Source of the DNA: Squalus acanthias
Taxonomy: Eukaryota
Assembly: GCA_030390025.1 (NCBI GenBank)
Contig: CM059425.1
Coordinates: forward strand, 166,720,001-166,784,000
Direction of reading: 5' to 3'
DNA: 64,000 bases
Positions 23,101 to 35,000 of this stretch are shown here, piece by piece. The notes beneath the pieces are model-generated. The model was not told the DNA's origin. It saw only the letters and a program-made list of their open reading frames with translations, and ran no database searches. Each line of letters begins with the position of its first letter. The stretch's first letter is position 1. The position numbers and the translations under genes are program-made.

Positions 23101-24040
23101 GAATGTACCTAGCCTGTACTTGGAACATCTCTTTCTGCCTATGTCGTTGGTACCGATATGGACAACGACCTCTGGCTGTTCACCATCCCCCCTCAGAGTT
23201 TCCTGCAGCCGCTGAGTGACATCCTTGACCCTGGCACCAGGGAGGCAACATACCATCCTGGAGTCGCATCTATGGCCGCAGAAATACCTCTCTGCTCCCC
23301 TAACTATCGAATCCCCTACCACTATTGCTCTTCTACTCTTTTTCCTCATCCCCTGTGCAGCTGAGCCACCAGTGGTGCCTTGGACTTGTCTCTGGCTGCT
23401 CTCCCCAGTGGAACCATCGTCCCCACCAGTACTCCAAACAGAATACTGGTTGGTGAGTGAGATGCACTCCGTGGACTCCTGCACTACCTGCCTGGTCCTC
23501 CTCTTCTGTCTGGCGGTCTCCCATTCCCTCTCTGCCTGCACACTCTTAAGCTGTGGGGTGACCACCTCCAGAAATGTGCTATCCACATAACTCTCAGCCT
23601 CGCGGATGCCCCGCAGTGACTCCAGCTGCCGCTCAAGCTCAGAAACACGGATCTCGAGCTGCCGTAGCTGGTGACACTTCCTGCACATGTGGTCGTCCAG
23701 GCTATGCAAAGCGTCCAGGACATCCCACATGTTACAGGATGTGCACTCCACAGGACTGAGCTGCCCTGCCATGCCTCTATGTAATAGACTAAGAACTAAC
23801 TTAGCAGAAATAAACTTAAAACTTAAAAAAAACACTCCCCAGCTCCTCACCAATCAGCTCCTTCCCTTGTGCCGATGTCTCTTTTTCTACTCTGGCGTCA
23901 CTCTTTTGGATTCTGCCTCTGTTGAGCCGCTGCCTCTTTCGCTCTGCTCCCGCTCTGATCTCGCCCAGGTCCACTGCCTCCACTGCCTCTCGCGCTCTTT
24001 ACAGCGCCGCTGATCCCGCTCCTCTTGCCTCCACATGCTT
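20160..24040 (-). mobile_element. CR1 LINE with internal deletion (ORF1 joined to mid-ORF2), interrupted by a MITE
   Basis: The tail is at 20160. RT motifs SPGPDGLHPRLL, QHGFVKGR and QGSVLGP are present. ORF1 reads CTSC...CRKC, IVVGDSIVRG and HIGTNDIG. The endonuclease domain is absent. Confidence 0.88.
20320..21212 (-). mobile_element. Non-autonomous Harbinger derivative (893 bp), inverted relative to 15903-20159
   Basis: Ends GGGGTAAAAATT / AATTTCTACCCC with a perfect TSD TGA at 20317-20319 and 21213-21215. Both subterminal regions are near-identical to those of 15903-20159. Confidence 0.93.
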
Positions 24041-25536
24041 CACATGCTCTCATTCAAAATTCTACAAAGGTTTGGGAGACATTTAATGACCTGCTAATCC
24101 ACCTCTCTCCACACCTAATTTTCAGTGACACCCATCACTCATCAGAAGGAAAGAGAACCTTCCTTCTGGCTCTTACTTGCCTCCATGGCAGTATCTGAGA
24201 ATCAGAGTGCCCTGACTGATGTCATTCCAACTGCTGCCACAGTAAGGCCCTGTTCACTGACCACCTTTGAAAAGAGCTCCTACAATTTAAGAGCTGCAGG
24301 TTGGCTTTATGTAGAAGCAGACCCGCTGGATTTCCCAACCACCCAAATGGTGAGCTGCCTACAAGCAGCGCAATTAGTTCTGGCAGCTCATATCCTGCAT
24401 GCTAATGAGGCCTGACCGTGACAATCAATGGGTAGCCTTGCCACTGCCCGCCCAATATATCCTCCACGTGAAAATCAATCCCCCTCTGTCTAACGACCTG
24501 GATAGTAGCAGTAGGGAAAGGGCCTGGATTTTGAAAATTTTCATATTCAATATCTGTCACTTTTAGACAAAGAAGTAGCCATTTACTTCAAAATTGTTCC
24601 AAATCCCCTCTCCTTCATCGTGGGAGATGAAACTAATTCTGTCAGTTCTGGCTCATCTCAATTTCACCCTTTTGTAGGTTACTGACACACCTATTAATCA
24701 TTCTGTCATTAATACTACATGGCTGTGATAAAGAAAATGAAGAAATTATATTTTCCAATCTCAGTCTCAGCTGCTCATTGGTGAGATCTGAAGATTAAAG
24801 TTGGCAAAAAGTTAATTGAGTATGAATGCTGAAGGTGTTTGAGAAACTGATTTAAAAAAATGAGAATTACAATTTCTTTGAGCCATTTAAAGCTGATTTC
24901 AATTTACTGAACAGGGATCTATTCAAATACTTACAAGTATAGCAAAAGTGGATACGTATTTTGAGAATTGTGTCTCAGCTATAACTTTATTTTTCATATT
25001 AAGCTTTATAAAAGAAGACAGTCTGCATATCAATCAGACACCTTACCTCTACAATATACGATCTAATATATTTTAAATTCCATTCTCATGATAAATGCTC
25101 GAGATGTTAGCATTTTTCATTGCAATTTAGATATAGCTCCTCATGCATACGCTACAGATTATCCAAGCATGAACGATTTTGGGGAAAAATTGGGTATCAC
25201 CCATTTTGGAGCGCTAATATCGGCCGGGCGCAAAGTATAGCGCCCAGCGCTAATTATTGCCGCCGACCGCAAAATTCATCTCCATCACCCCTGGAGGTGA
25301 TTTGAGCACTAAATCAAGCGCTACACACCTCTCTTAGGGCGCTAACGTCGGGGAGCGAGGCGCTAACTCAGAGCGCTACTCAAGCTCAGGCGATGTCAAT
25401 TACCTTGTACTCAGACAGACTGGCGCCGTCCAGTTCTTAAAGGGGAGGATCCATCTTGCTGCACAGCCACACCCTGTTCATTGCAGCGTTTGACATTGGC
25501 CTACAAACACCTACAGATATTGCTCAAACAATTGTG

Positions 25537-27177
25537 ATGGATACTCAGAGGCCCAGGGAGAGAGCTCAGCGCTTTAGTGACCAGGCATTGGTGGCTCTGG
25601 CTGGCGCTGTGGAACGGCGACGGGCAGTGCTCTTTCCAGAGAGTGGCAGGAGGTCATTGCCCTGCGAGTTTAGAAGAGTCTGGAGGGAGGTGGCCTAGCA
25701 CGTGTCATCACGGAGCCTGGTCCAAAGGACACATACACAGTGTCGTAAAAAGTTCAACGACCTCACTCGGGTGGTCAGGGTGAGTACCTACTTTTCAATA
25801 CCTCTACATCCCACCATCTCAACCTCACTCTGTGCACAGACGGTGTAAATACTCAAATGCCCAACATTCATCCAACAACTATGGCTATCTCATAAAAGTC
25901 ACATCCCACACCTTACATACATTAACGGCTATTCAACCATGGTAGGCACATCTGCCAAACACATGGCTGCACTCTCACTCACACGCTGTCCTTTTTCTTG
26001 CAGGCCAAGCTTTCACATAACTGCCAAGAGACCCAGCGGATGGGAGGAGGACAGGCGGATCTGCACCCCCTCACAGAATTGGAGAAGAGAGTCCACAGAC
26101 TCATTGCGAGCCAGGTAGTAGGCGCTGTGGCCGTTGGAGAGGTTGACCCCCTTGGGGACAGCAACGGTATGTTCATCCGCTTTCTCTCCTCTCTCATACC
26201 ACTTCCCCCTCACAACACCAGCCTTTTACACCTTCAATCCAACTTACTGTCTCCAGTCCTTGCACCCTTCCTGTCCCCCTGCCCTCACGTTAAAGCCACT
26301 CTTGTACCTTCGTTCTTTCAGATAGTGAACCACCAGCTGACCAGCCTGTCCCTCAGCCTGCCAGTGGCAGCGACGTGCCAGAGGAGGGGGAAGAGGAAGC
26401 CGGAGCCTCACCGCCTGCGTCTCCCGAGGGTGACACTTCTGACATTGGAGCATAGAGGAGTCCGGCGCCAGCACAGCTCTCATCTGTGCGCAAACCATCA
26501 AAACCATCCTTGCCTCGTTGCAGAGTATGGTTCAATTGCAGGGAGACCGTGGGGAACCAGAGCCCATGCCGCGTGTAATGGGTCAGGTGGCAGGATCTAT
26601 TGCAGCACAGTCCGAGGCAACGCAACGGCTTAGTGCTGCAATCGAGTCAATGGCTGGTGCCATCCAGTCTCAGATTGCTCTCATGCAGTCTCAGAATTAT
26701 GTCACGCAAGCGCTGACTGCTGCCATCCTTGCTGGGTCACCCACTGTCCACCGGTGATCTCACGGTGCCGCAGCAGGCCAGCAATCTGTGCTCGAGCAGA
26801 TTGCTCCGGATGCTGAGGTTCTGCCCCGGGGGAGTGGCAGTGTGTCGGTCGAGCAGGAAGGTGCTGTCCTCTCTCAGGACGACAGCATTCCTGCTCCCAC
26901 CACTGCCACTTCCCCATTGCACTTGGCACAGCCTGTAACACAGCCAGCCCAGACTGCTGCCACCCATGCAGAGTTGGTGCAGTCTGCAGCCAGGCCCTCC
27001 AGGCCCAGAGCTGGTCGAGGGCATCCTTCAAGGCCATCTGCAGTCTCTGGATCCAGCATTCAGCAGCCTTCCACCAGCCTTGCTGCAGCCACTGGGGCCA
27101 CATTATGGAGGAGCAGTAAGGTGGGAAGGGGGGAAGGGCGCAGGGGATGGAGATCACCCTCGAAGGCTGAAAATTAA
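25537..27177 (+). pseudogene. Harbinger Myb/SANT protein (exons 25537-25779, 26004-26166, 26322-27177), inactivated
   Basis: MDTQRPRERAQRFSDQALVAL... has a premature TAG at 25696-25698. Splice sites match 16261-18192. Exon 3 has further lesions. Confidence 0.85.
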
Positions 27178-27485
27178 AAATTATGCAATAAATGGGGGGA
27201 ATGTTTGTGGGGAAAGTTTGATGTTCATCTTAATATATTTGTTTACTGTGTTGACACTTATCTCAATGTTGTAAGAACGAGTTTTGTTAGTTTACGAATT
27301 GTTGTGTTTGTTTCTAATTGTTTGTCCTGAATAAATAAGACAGTTTGTCACATAAATAAAAAATTTTCTTGGAACTTTACAACTTTGCTCATTTGACTCA
27401 TTGGAGCTTTGCCCGGCAATACGGGCTGCGGGATGCTTGCGATGATGTGCTTCTTAATCCCAGAAGCCATCTTCTCTGTCATTCT

Positions 27486-28642
27486 TCAGAAGCGGTGTCT
27501 TATCAGGCGTTCACGGACGGCTGTTGCAGACGCAACATTGAGCGCCTCCCTCCCACGTTGGTGCTGCTCATCCTCCTCCTCCACCTCCTCCTCCTTTTCC
27601 TCTCCCTCTTCCTCCTCCTGAGGTGGTGCACCAATCCCTGGTGGCAATGGCTGGGTCCTCAGAATTGCGAGGTTGTGAAGCATGCAGCACACAACAATGA
27701 AAACCGATACTCGATCGGGGGAGTACTGCAGGGCTCCTCCAGAGTGGTCAAGACACTGTTGCTTCAAGATGCCGATCGTCTGCTCAATGAGGTTCCTGGT
27801 GGCACTTTGGCTCTCATTGTCAGCGAGCTTAGCAGGAGTGTAGGGGTTATGGAGCGGTGTCATCAGCCAGGTGCAGTGTGGATAACCCCTGTCCCTGAGG
27901 AGCCAGCCACGATGTTGACGCGGTGGTTGGAAGGAGTCTGGGACACCAGTCTGGTGCAGGATGAAAGCATCGTGGCTGCTGCCAGGATAGCGGGCATTGA
28001 CGGTGAGGATGCGCTGTCTGTGGTTGCACACCAACTGGACGTTCAGAGAGTGGAAGCCCTTGCAGTTGCGGAACACCTCTGCATTTTCATGCGGTGCCCG
28101 CAATGCCACGTGCGTGCAGTCAATGGCGCCCTGAACCATGGGGAAGCCCGCTATCCTAGCGAAGCCATTTGCGCGTTCATGCTGCTTGTCTCGGGTCATG
28201 GGGAAAGATATGTACTCCCTTCTCCTTTTGTACAGAGCATTTGTGACCTCCCGGATGCAGCAATGGACAGCGAACTGGGAGATATTCGCTATGTCCCCAG
28301 TTGAAGCCTGGAAGGAGCCGTTGGCATAGAAATTCAGAGCCACCATCACCTTCACTGCTACCGACAGAGACATCCTGGTCCTGAGCTGAGGCTGCAGATC
28401 TGGCTGCAGGAGATGGCAGAGCTCAGTGACCACCTCTTGCTGAAGCACAGCCTTCTGAAACACTGCTCCTCTGACAAATGAAAGTAGAGAATTGCTCCCG
28501 GAATACCCTGGGAGGGTAAGGTCTCCTGTGTAGAGGCCTGTTGGCCCTCCTCCCTCTGGCCACATTTGCCACTCTCTCTGCGCCTCTGCTGCCTCCGAAG
28601 GTAAAGCTGGAGGACGACGCCCCGAGTTAGTACAGCCCCCAT
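27486..28642 (-). pseudogene. Harbinger transposase, frameshifted near the N-terminus
   Basis: Motifs GAIDCTHVAL, SSHDAFIL, LRDRGY and RNLIEQTIG. The N-terminal MGAVLTRGVVLQL lies in a different frame (ORF 28358..28642). Confidence 0.88.
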
Positions 28643-29934
28643 TTAATCTTGTAAATGTGGTAAATATGAAGCTCAGAGAAATAGGAACCTGAAACGTGTT
28701 GCTCAGGACCAAAACTCCTTGTAGGACAGCGTTAATCTCTCCAGACGCCTCTCTCCCTTTCTCAATCTGCATATGCCAAAAATTTTGCCGACTAGAAAAA
28801 GCAGGAAGTGCACGCCTTTAAATAGCGCTCCCCCAGCTCCTTGCCGACTGCAAAATGTCGCCCTCTACCTGTTGTTCCTAGTGGCAGACGCTAAGGCAAG
28901 GGGCGAGAATCAATTTCTGGTCCGGGGCGCTACCGGGGCATTGCACGCTTGGATGATGTCACGATCACCGGGCGCGGGAGATGGTGGTGGTAGTGTTTAA
29001 CGCCACTGCAAAACGGCAGGTCAATTTCGCGAGCGGCGCTAAAATTGTCGCGCTCGGGCACTAAGTTGCTAGCGCCCATTATCACCCCCCGGAGGCACTA
29101 ACGGGAGGCGCTAACCAACCCAATTTTTCCCCTTTTGCTTTAAGGGGCAGCATCATCAAGAAGAAGTGTTTTGCATACTCTATTCTGTGTTTATGAAAAC
29201 ACAACAGCATGATTCAAATTGGGTCAAATGCATTATTCATTGTTAGAAAATGATGTACAGCTCTTATGCCTCTTTTCCTCCTGAATCAAAGAAAATTATC
29301 AAAGCATGAAATTTCAGTTTTGTAAACAATGGTCTACAAATGATCCCTCACTTATCATGCATTAAAACTGTAGTAAAAGACAGATGTGGAAATAGCCTTA
29401 AGCTAAAGAACTATGCCAAAAAAAAAGGCATTCATACTGGAGATAAAGTTGAGTTAGACTGGAAGAAAGAGAAGAAACTACAGGCAGTGGTGTGGGTTCT
29501 GTATATAGGCTGTTAAGTGTCTCCAGATGGATCTGTGACCAAATCATTACAATCCAGAACTGGAGTAAACAAAAAAAAGCCATAGGATAGTTACCATGAA
29601 AAATGGCAAAATGTTACACTGGTGCATTGAGTGGTACTCTTCTAAGGCTGCATCTAAGGTGCATTGTTACAGCAGAATAAAAGGAGTATTATTCTGATAT
29701 ACCTGACTGGGGAGTGCTTGATACTTATGTTGGGTGCCTGAAATCCTGATGAGTATGACAGTCACTAACAAATTTAAGAAGAAGTAAAATGATACAGAAC
29801 ATTCGAGAGAGCTTCCTTTGTCTCCGATGAAGTAACTTAATGCACATCCTCTGTATTTCATGAATGAGAAGAAAATCTAGTTTAATCAGAAGGTGTTGAA
29901 TGTTCATGAAGTATCTTGTGTAGATACTACGTAG

Positions 29935-30360
29935 TGTCAACTTGGCTCTGTTGATAGGATTCTCACCTCTGAGTTAGAAGCCCCATTCCAGCCCTTGAGC
30001 ACATGATCTAGACTGACACTTCAATGCAGTGTGCTGCATTGATGCAGATACCATATTTAGGATAAATGTTAAACCAAGGCCCCATTTGCTTTTTCAGGTG
30101 GATGTGAAAGATCCTATTGCACTATATGAAGAAGAGCAGGGGAATTCTACTGATGTCCTGGCCAACATTCATTGTTCAACCAACACCACGAAACATTAAC
30201 TGGTCATTTATCTCATTTTTTGTGGGACCTTCCTGTGTACAAATTGACTACCTATACAACAACAGTGATTAAACTTCAAAAATGATTAATTGGCTATAAA
30301 GTACTTACAGACATCCTAAGGACATGAGAGGTGCTATAAAAATGCATGCTCTTTATTTCT
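29935..30360 (+). mobile_element. tRNA-derived Deu-domain SINE (SacSINE1/AmnSINE-like), decayed
   Basis: Head gtgtcaacttggctctgttg, central caggtggatgtgaaagatcctattgcactatatgaagaagagcagggg...gtcctggccaaca, and L2-like tail gtgctataaaaatgca. Confidence 0.7.
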
Positions 30361-30600
30361 TGGAAACTCTCTGGTTGATTCTTGAAGACAGGGAATAGAT
30401 CCATTGGCTGCAGTGACCAGAGCAAGGGAGCAACCATCCACCATCACCAATGAGTATAGAGAATGACATTGAGTTGAGTTACACTGCTGGTTCCCTGTTG
30501 CCCCCTATCCAGGATTGAGTTTGAGCATGCCGACAGGTTAAACTTTAATGCTAGGAAAAACTCCCAGAAGTGTGGGCTTCCTACTAACATTAAATATATT

Positions 30601-31653
30601 GGGCTGGATTTTAATGCGCAAACGCGTTGGCTGCGGGGGGGTGGGCGAGAACACGTGGGAAACACGGAAATATGTGAAGCTCGTCTGTCAGTGGCTTTTT
30701 AACATAGCCACTTCATTAACATATCATTTCCGGGTTTCCCGACCAATTAGTGTCAGCGGGAGTGATGACCATGATGGGAATCTCAACTCCAGTATTTAAA
30801 AGGATACTCCAAACATGCAAGTTGAAGCAGTTGGAGGTGGGAAGGAGAGAGAGAAAGAAGTCTTGCCATGGAAGGTAGAAGGTGAAAGGCTGCACTAGGC
30901 TTCTGCGACACCTCCCTGGATGTGCTGCTGGGGACTGTGAGGACCCGGAGGAAGTTCCCTAGCAACTGGAGGAAGAAGCTGGCTGGGGACACCAAGAATC
31001 CATGGTTGGAGGTGGCACAAGAGATCAGCAGCAGGAGCGTGGTACCATGCTCCTGGATCCAATGTAGCAAGCGGTTCAATGTCCTAAGCAGGGCAGGAAA
31101 GGTGAGTACAATGGCACATTCACCTACATCCTGATGTGCGTATCACCCTCACGCCCTCACTCTGCCCTCTCAAGCCTACTCCAGCACATCACTCCTCAAA
31201 CCAACTTACCTTGCAGGTACACCCATCCCTCTCTGTCTATACACTTCCTCACATCCCCATCTGTCCATCCACCACTGGCACTCACCCTCATCCTTATGCA
31301 ATGTCAGGCCTCTCCTTCATAGTCACCCTTGACAAATGCTCTCCATCCATTGGATGAACACGTGCAATTACTCTCACTTATTGGTCTCTTCTTTTCCTCC
31401 TTGCAGGAGATGAGAGCACAGAACACAAGGGATGGCAGAAAACTGGAGGTGGCCCTCCAGCCATCTCGCAACTAACAGCTGCAGAGGAGGCGGCACTGGA
31501 CATCAGCGGAGTCTCAGCGTGCCTGGCCATTGGAGATGGGGAGATGGGGGCCTTCCAGCTACCTGGTGACACAATTAAATATCAGAAAGTCACATGGCAT
31601 ACAACCCAGTCATGTTGGCTTGATGTCAACAGCAAGTGAAATATAATCATGTG
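30601..31653 (+). mobile_element. Left part of a further Harbinger family with decayed Myb exons 1-2; host of the Gypsy insertion
   Basis: Terminal GGGCTGGATTTT. WLEVAQEISSRSVVPCSWIQCSKRFNVL|gtgagt at 31101. A second exon follows ccttgcag at 31407 (KTGGGP motif). Confidence 0.7.
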
Positions 31654-31847
31654 TGTCGTAAGAATGAGCCTTACGCGTGGTGAACTTAAAGTAAGCTTTA
31701 ATCAAATAAAAAGGTGCTACATACAAAAGAGGTCTTACTCTATGCCTCTCCAGGATCCAACTGATCAGTCCAGTATTTATCCTGGACTAATCACAGGAAG
31801 TGATGCAATAAAGTTCAAGTCACAGGAAGCTGTATTGTGTTACCACA
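31654..31847 (-). repeat. 3' LTR (194 bp)
   Basis: Direct repeat of 35938-36131 with 5 substitutions by manual comparison. Confidence 0.95.
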
Positions 31848-31859
31848 TTCTCCCCCCCC
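31848..31859 (-). other. Polypurine tract
   Basis: GGGGGGGGAGAA on - immediately before the TG of the 3' LTR. Confidence 0.85.
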
Positions 31860-32058
31860 AAAAGATTAGGAGGCCGGGATGAAGTTCGAGTCACAGGAAG
31901 CTGTATTGTGTTACCACATTCTCCCTCCATTTCGTAGCCGCTGGACGAGGGAGAGCCGCACCCGTTTGGGTTCTCGTAGCGGTAGAGGGCCCCTAGCCCG
32001 TTTACCCGCCGCGGGCCGTGGACCAGAGTCCGAGTGATCCAGCCCGCTCTGTGAGGGG

Positions 32059-35000
32059 TCAGGACGATCCTGACTGTGTACTGGTGTCCGAACGGGTGTC
32101 GGGCAGGCCTGTGGCAGATCCATTTGAGCGTATGGTACGGGGTGGATCGTGGCTGCGCGTGCGAGCCCCGACGGGCTCATAGTCAGTCTGCCCCAGGTCG
32201 GCACGCTGGAGTGAGGTACCAGCCGGCGTCAGATCCAGATCGTGATGAGAGGCACCTGGCGAGCCCAGAGATGTGCCTGGTACAATATCATCCCCTGGTG
32301 TCCCTCTATGTTTCGGCGGGCAGGGAGCCAGATCCCGCAATGACACGGTAGATTCCCGACCGTCAGGATACCGAATATAGGCGTAGGTAGGGTTGACGTC
32401 AGTGAGCTCAACCTCATCTACCAGGGGGTCATTCTTAGACGCCCGAACATATCTTCGGAGTAGCACTGGTCCCGGTGCAGTCAGCCACGACGGGAGAGAT
32501 ATCCCATAGGATGAGCGACGCTGAAATCGGAAGAACCGTTCATGAGGCGTCGTATTTGTGGCGGTCGAAAGGAGGGACCGTGTGGAGTGTAATGCGTCTG
32601 GAAGTACTGCTTCCCATTGCTGGTTGGGTAGGCCCCGAGATCTCAAAGCCAGACGTACCGCATTCCAGATGATAGCGTTAAAACGCTCGACTTGCCCATT
32701 CCCGACTGGATGATAAGGCGTCGTTCTGCTGGCAGCAATACCCCATTCCGAGAGATAGGCCTTGAGTTCTCCTGACATAAAAGAAGGGCCCCAATCCGAA
32801 TGAACATAGGATGCCATGCCACAGAAAGCAAATACCTGCTCAAGGCAGCTGATAACCGTGGTCGTCAGCATATTGGGGCAGGGAAAGGCAAACGGAAAAC
32901 GGGAATTCTCATCGACCATGGTCAATAGATAAGTGTTGCGAGTTGAAGAGGGCAACGGCCCCTTAAAATCGATGCTAAGCCGTTGCATTGGCTGGGTCGC
33001 ATGTATGAGTATACCACCCGAGGGGCGGAAAAACTGAGGTTTCAATTCCGCACAGACTCTGCAGTCCGAGCACATCTTCTTTACATCCCCGGTAGAGAAT
33101 GGGAGATTTCGGGACCGCACGAAGTGTAGCATGCGAGTAACGCCCGGATGACACAACCCATCATGGATGTCTACGAGCGTAGAGGGTGCCATGGCGGAGC
33201 AGAATGCTCGTGTGAGGGTATCCGGAGCCACATTCTCCTTGCCAGGTCGATAGTGGATGGTGTAACCAAAAGAGGCCAATTCCAGCCGCCAAAGCTGGAT
33301 TTTATTATTTTTAATTTTGGTCCGTTTTCGATTATCGAGCATGAAGGCGACCGATCGCTGATCCGTGATTAAGGTAAAGTGCTGGCGAGCTAGGAGATGA
33401 GTCCACTTCCGTACTGCCTCTATGATGGCTGTAGCTTCTTTCTCGACTGGAGGATAATGTAGCTCAGCCCCTTGAAAAGTCCTGGACAAAAATGCCACCG
33501 GACGACCTTCCTGATTCAGAGTGGCCGAGATCGCCACCTCCGAGGCATCACACTCAACAACAAAAGGAAGACTCTCATCGATGGAGTGAAGAGCCGCTTT
33601 CTCCAACTGTTTTTTCAGGAGGTTAAAGGCTGCAACAGCCGCTGTGTCTAGTGGGAATGTGCTGGCCTTCAGTAGAGGTTGGATTCGGTCCGAGAAGTTA
33701 GGAATCCATTTAGCATAGTATGCAAACAGGCCGAGGGCCCGGCGCAAGGAGGCCGGATTCTTAGGTGGCGGGAGTTCTTGGAGTGGGCGAAGCCTTTCAG
33801 GGTCAGGTTTAATGATGCCATTGCCCACACAATAGCCAAGGATGTTGATGGTTGGTTGTGACTCAATGGATTTAGCCGCATTTAATGTCAAATTACGGTG
33901 CTGGAGTGCATCCCAAAATCGTTGGAGACTGGCGTCATGTTCTCGCTGATTGCGACCTGCGACAGTAATATTGTCCAGATAAGGAAACATATCCTTTAAG
34001 TCTTCCTGTTTGACCAGGTCATCCATTGCTCGCTGGAAGACAGCCACTCCATTAGTGACCCCAAAGGGGAGGCGACAAAATTGATACAGCCGTCCATTGG
34101 CTTCAAAGGCCGTATACTGCTTGTCTGAGACCTTCAAGGGCACCCGATGATAGGCACTTTTCAGATCATATGTTGAGAACACCGTGTACTCAGCCAGTTT
34201 ATTAACCATATCATCGATGCGCGGCAATGGGTATGCGTCCAAGTCCGTATATTGATTGATGGTCTGTGAATAGTCAATGCACAGCCATTTCTTGTGAGGT
34301 TGTAGAGGGTTCTTTACAATAACGACCTGGGCGCGCCATGGCGACGAACAAGGCTCGATGATATCCTCTGCTAAAAGCCGAGAAATCTCAGCCGCAATAA
34401 AAGACTGGTCTTCCTGACTGAAACATCGTGACTTTGTTATAATCGGTTTGCATCGAGGAGGGATACTGGTAAACAGTGAGGGTTCATCCAGTGAAGCTGC
34501 TGACAATGCACAGAACGGTAATCGAGGTCGTATATTAGAAATAGTGAGTTCAGGTTTGGATCCGCCGAACTCAATGGTGAGCTTCTTATGCTGCTTTTGA
34601 AAATCTAGCCCTAAGATAAGATCACTACATAAGTCCTTGAGCACCGAAAGCCGGGTGGAGGGATACCTGTGACCATTAAGTGTTATTTCAACCATACAAA
34701 AGCCAGAAATTCTGGTATTAAGTGATGACTGAGCCATCGCAATTGCCTGGTCCGATGGGAAAACATGTAGCTTTAACTCTGCAACAATCTGTTCCCTAAT
34801 GAAACTATCAGTGCTACCTGAGTCAATTAAGGCATCTAAAGTATGTCCATTAATTGATGCTTTTGTAGCTGCATGGAATAGGTTCTGAGGACAAGCAGCT
34901 GTAATTGGTGTCGTTGCACAAAGAGTGGCTGAAACTCTAGGTGTGTTTCTTCGAGAGAAAACCCGAGAGGAAGCACGATAGATTTTAGCCGGAACATCTT

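Larger units (their letters stand above)
25181..29132 (+). mobile_element. Full-length decayed PIF/Harbinger transposon (3952 bp), sister family to 15903-20159
   Basis: Perfect 15-bp TIR GGGGAAAAATTGGGT / ACCCAATTTTTCCCC, TSD TTT, and the same two-gene layout. Confidence 0.92.

Noticed and set aside
29935..30020. tRNA gene
   Set aside because: It is a decayed tRNA-like head continuous with a SINE body, and I could not form a complete cloverleaf.
31911..32400. env gene or chromodomain in the Gypsy element
   Set aside because: The region after the integrase core is short and Pro/Ser/Thr-rich, with no signal peptide, TM helix or clear chromodomain pattern.
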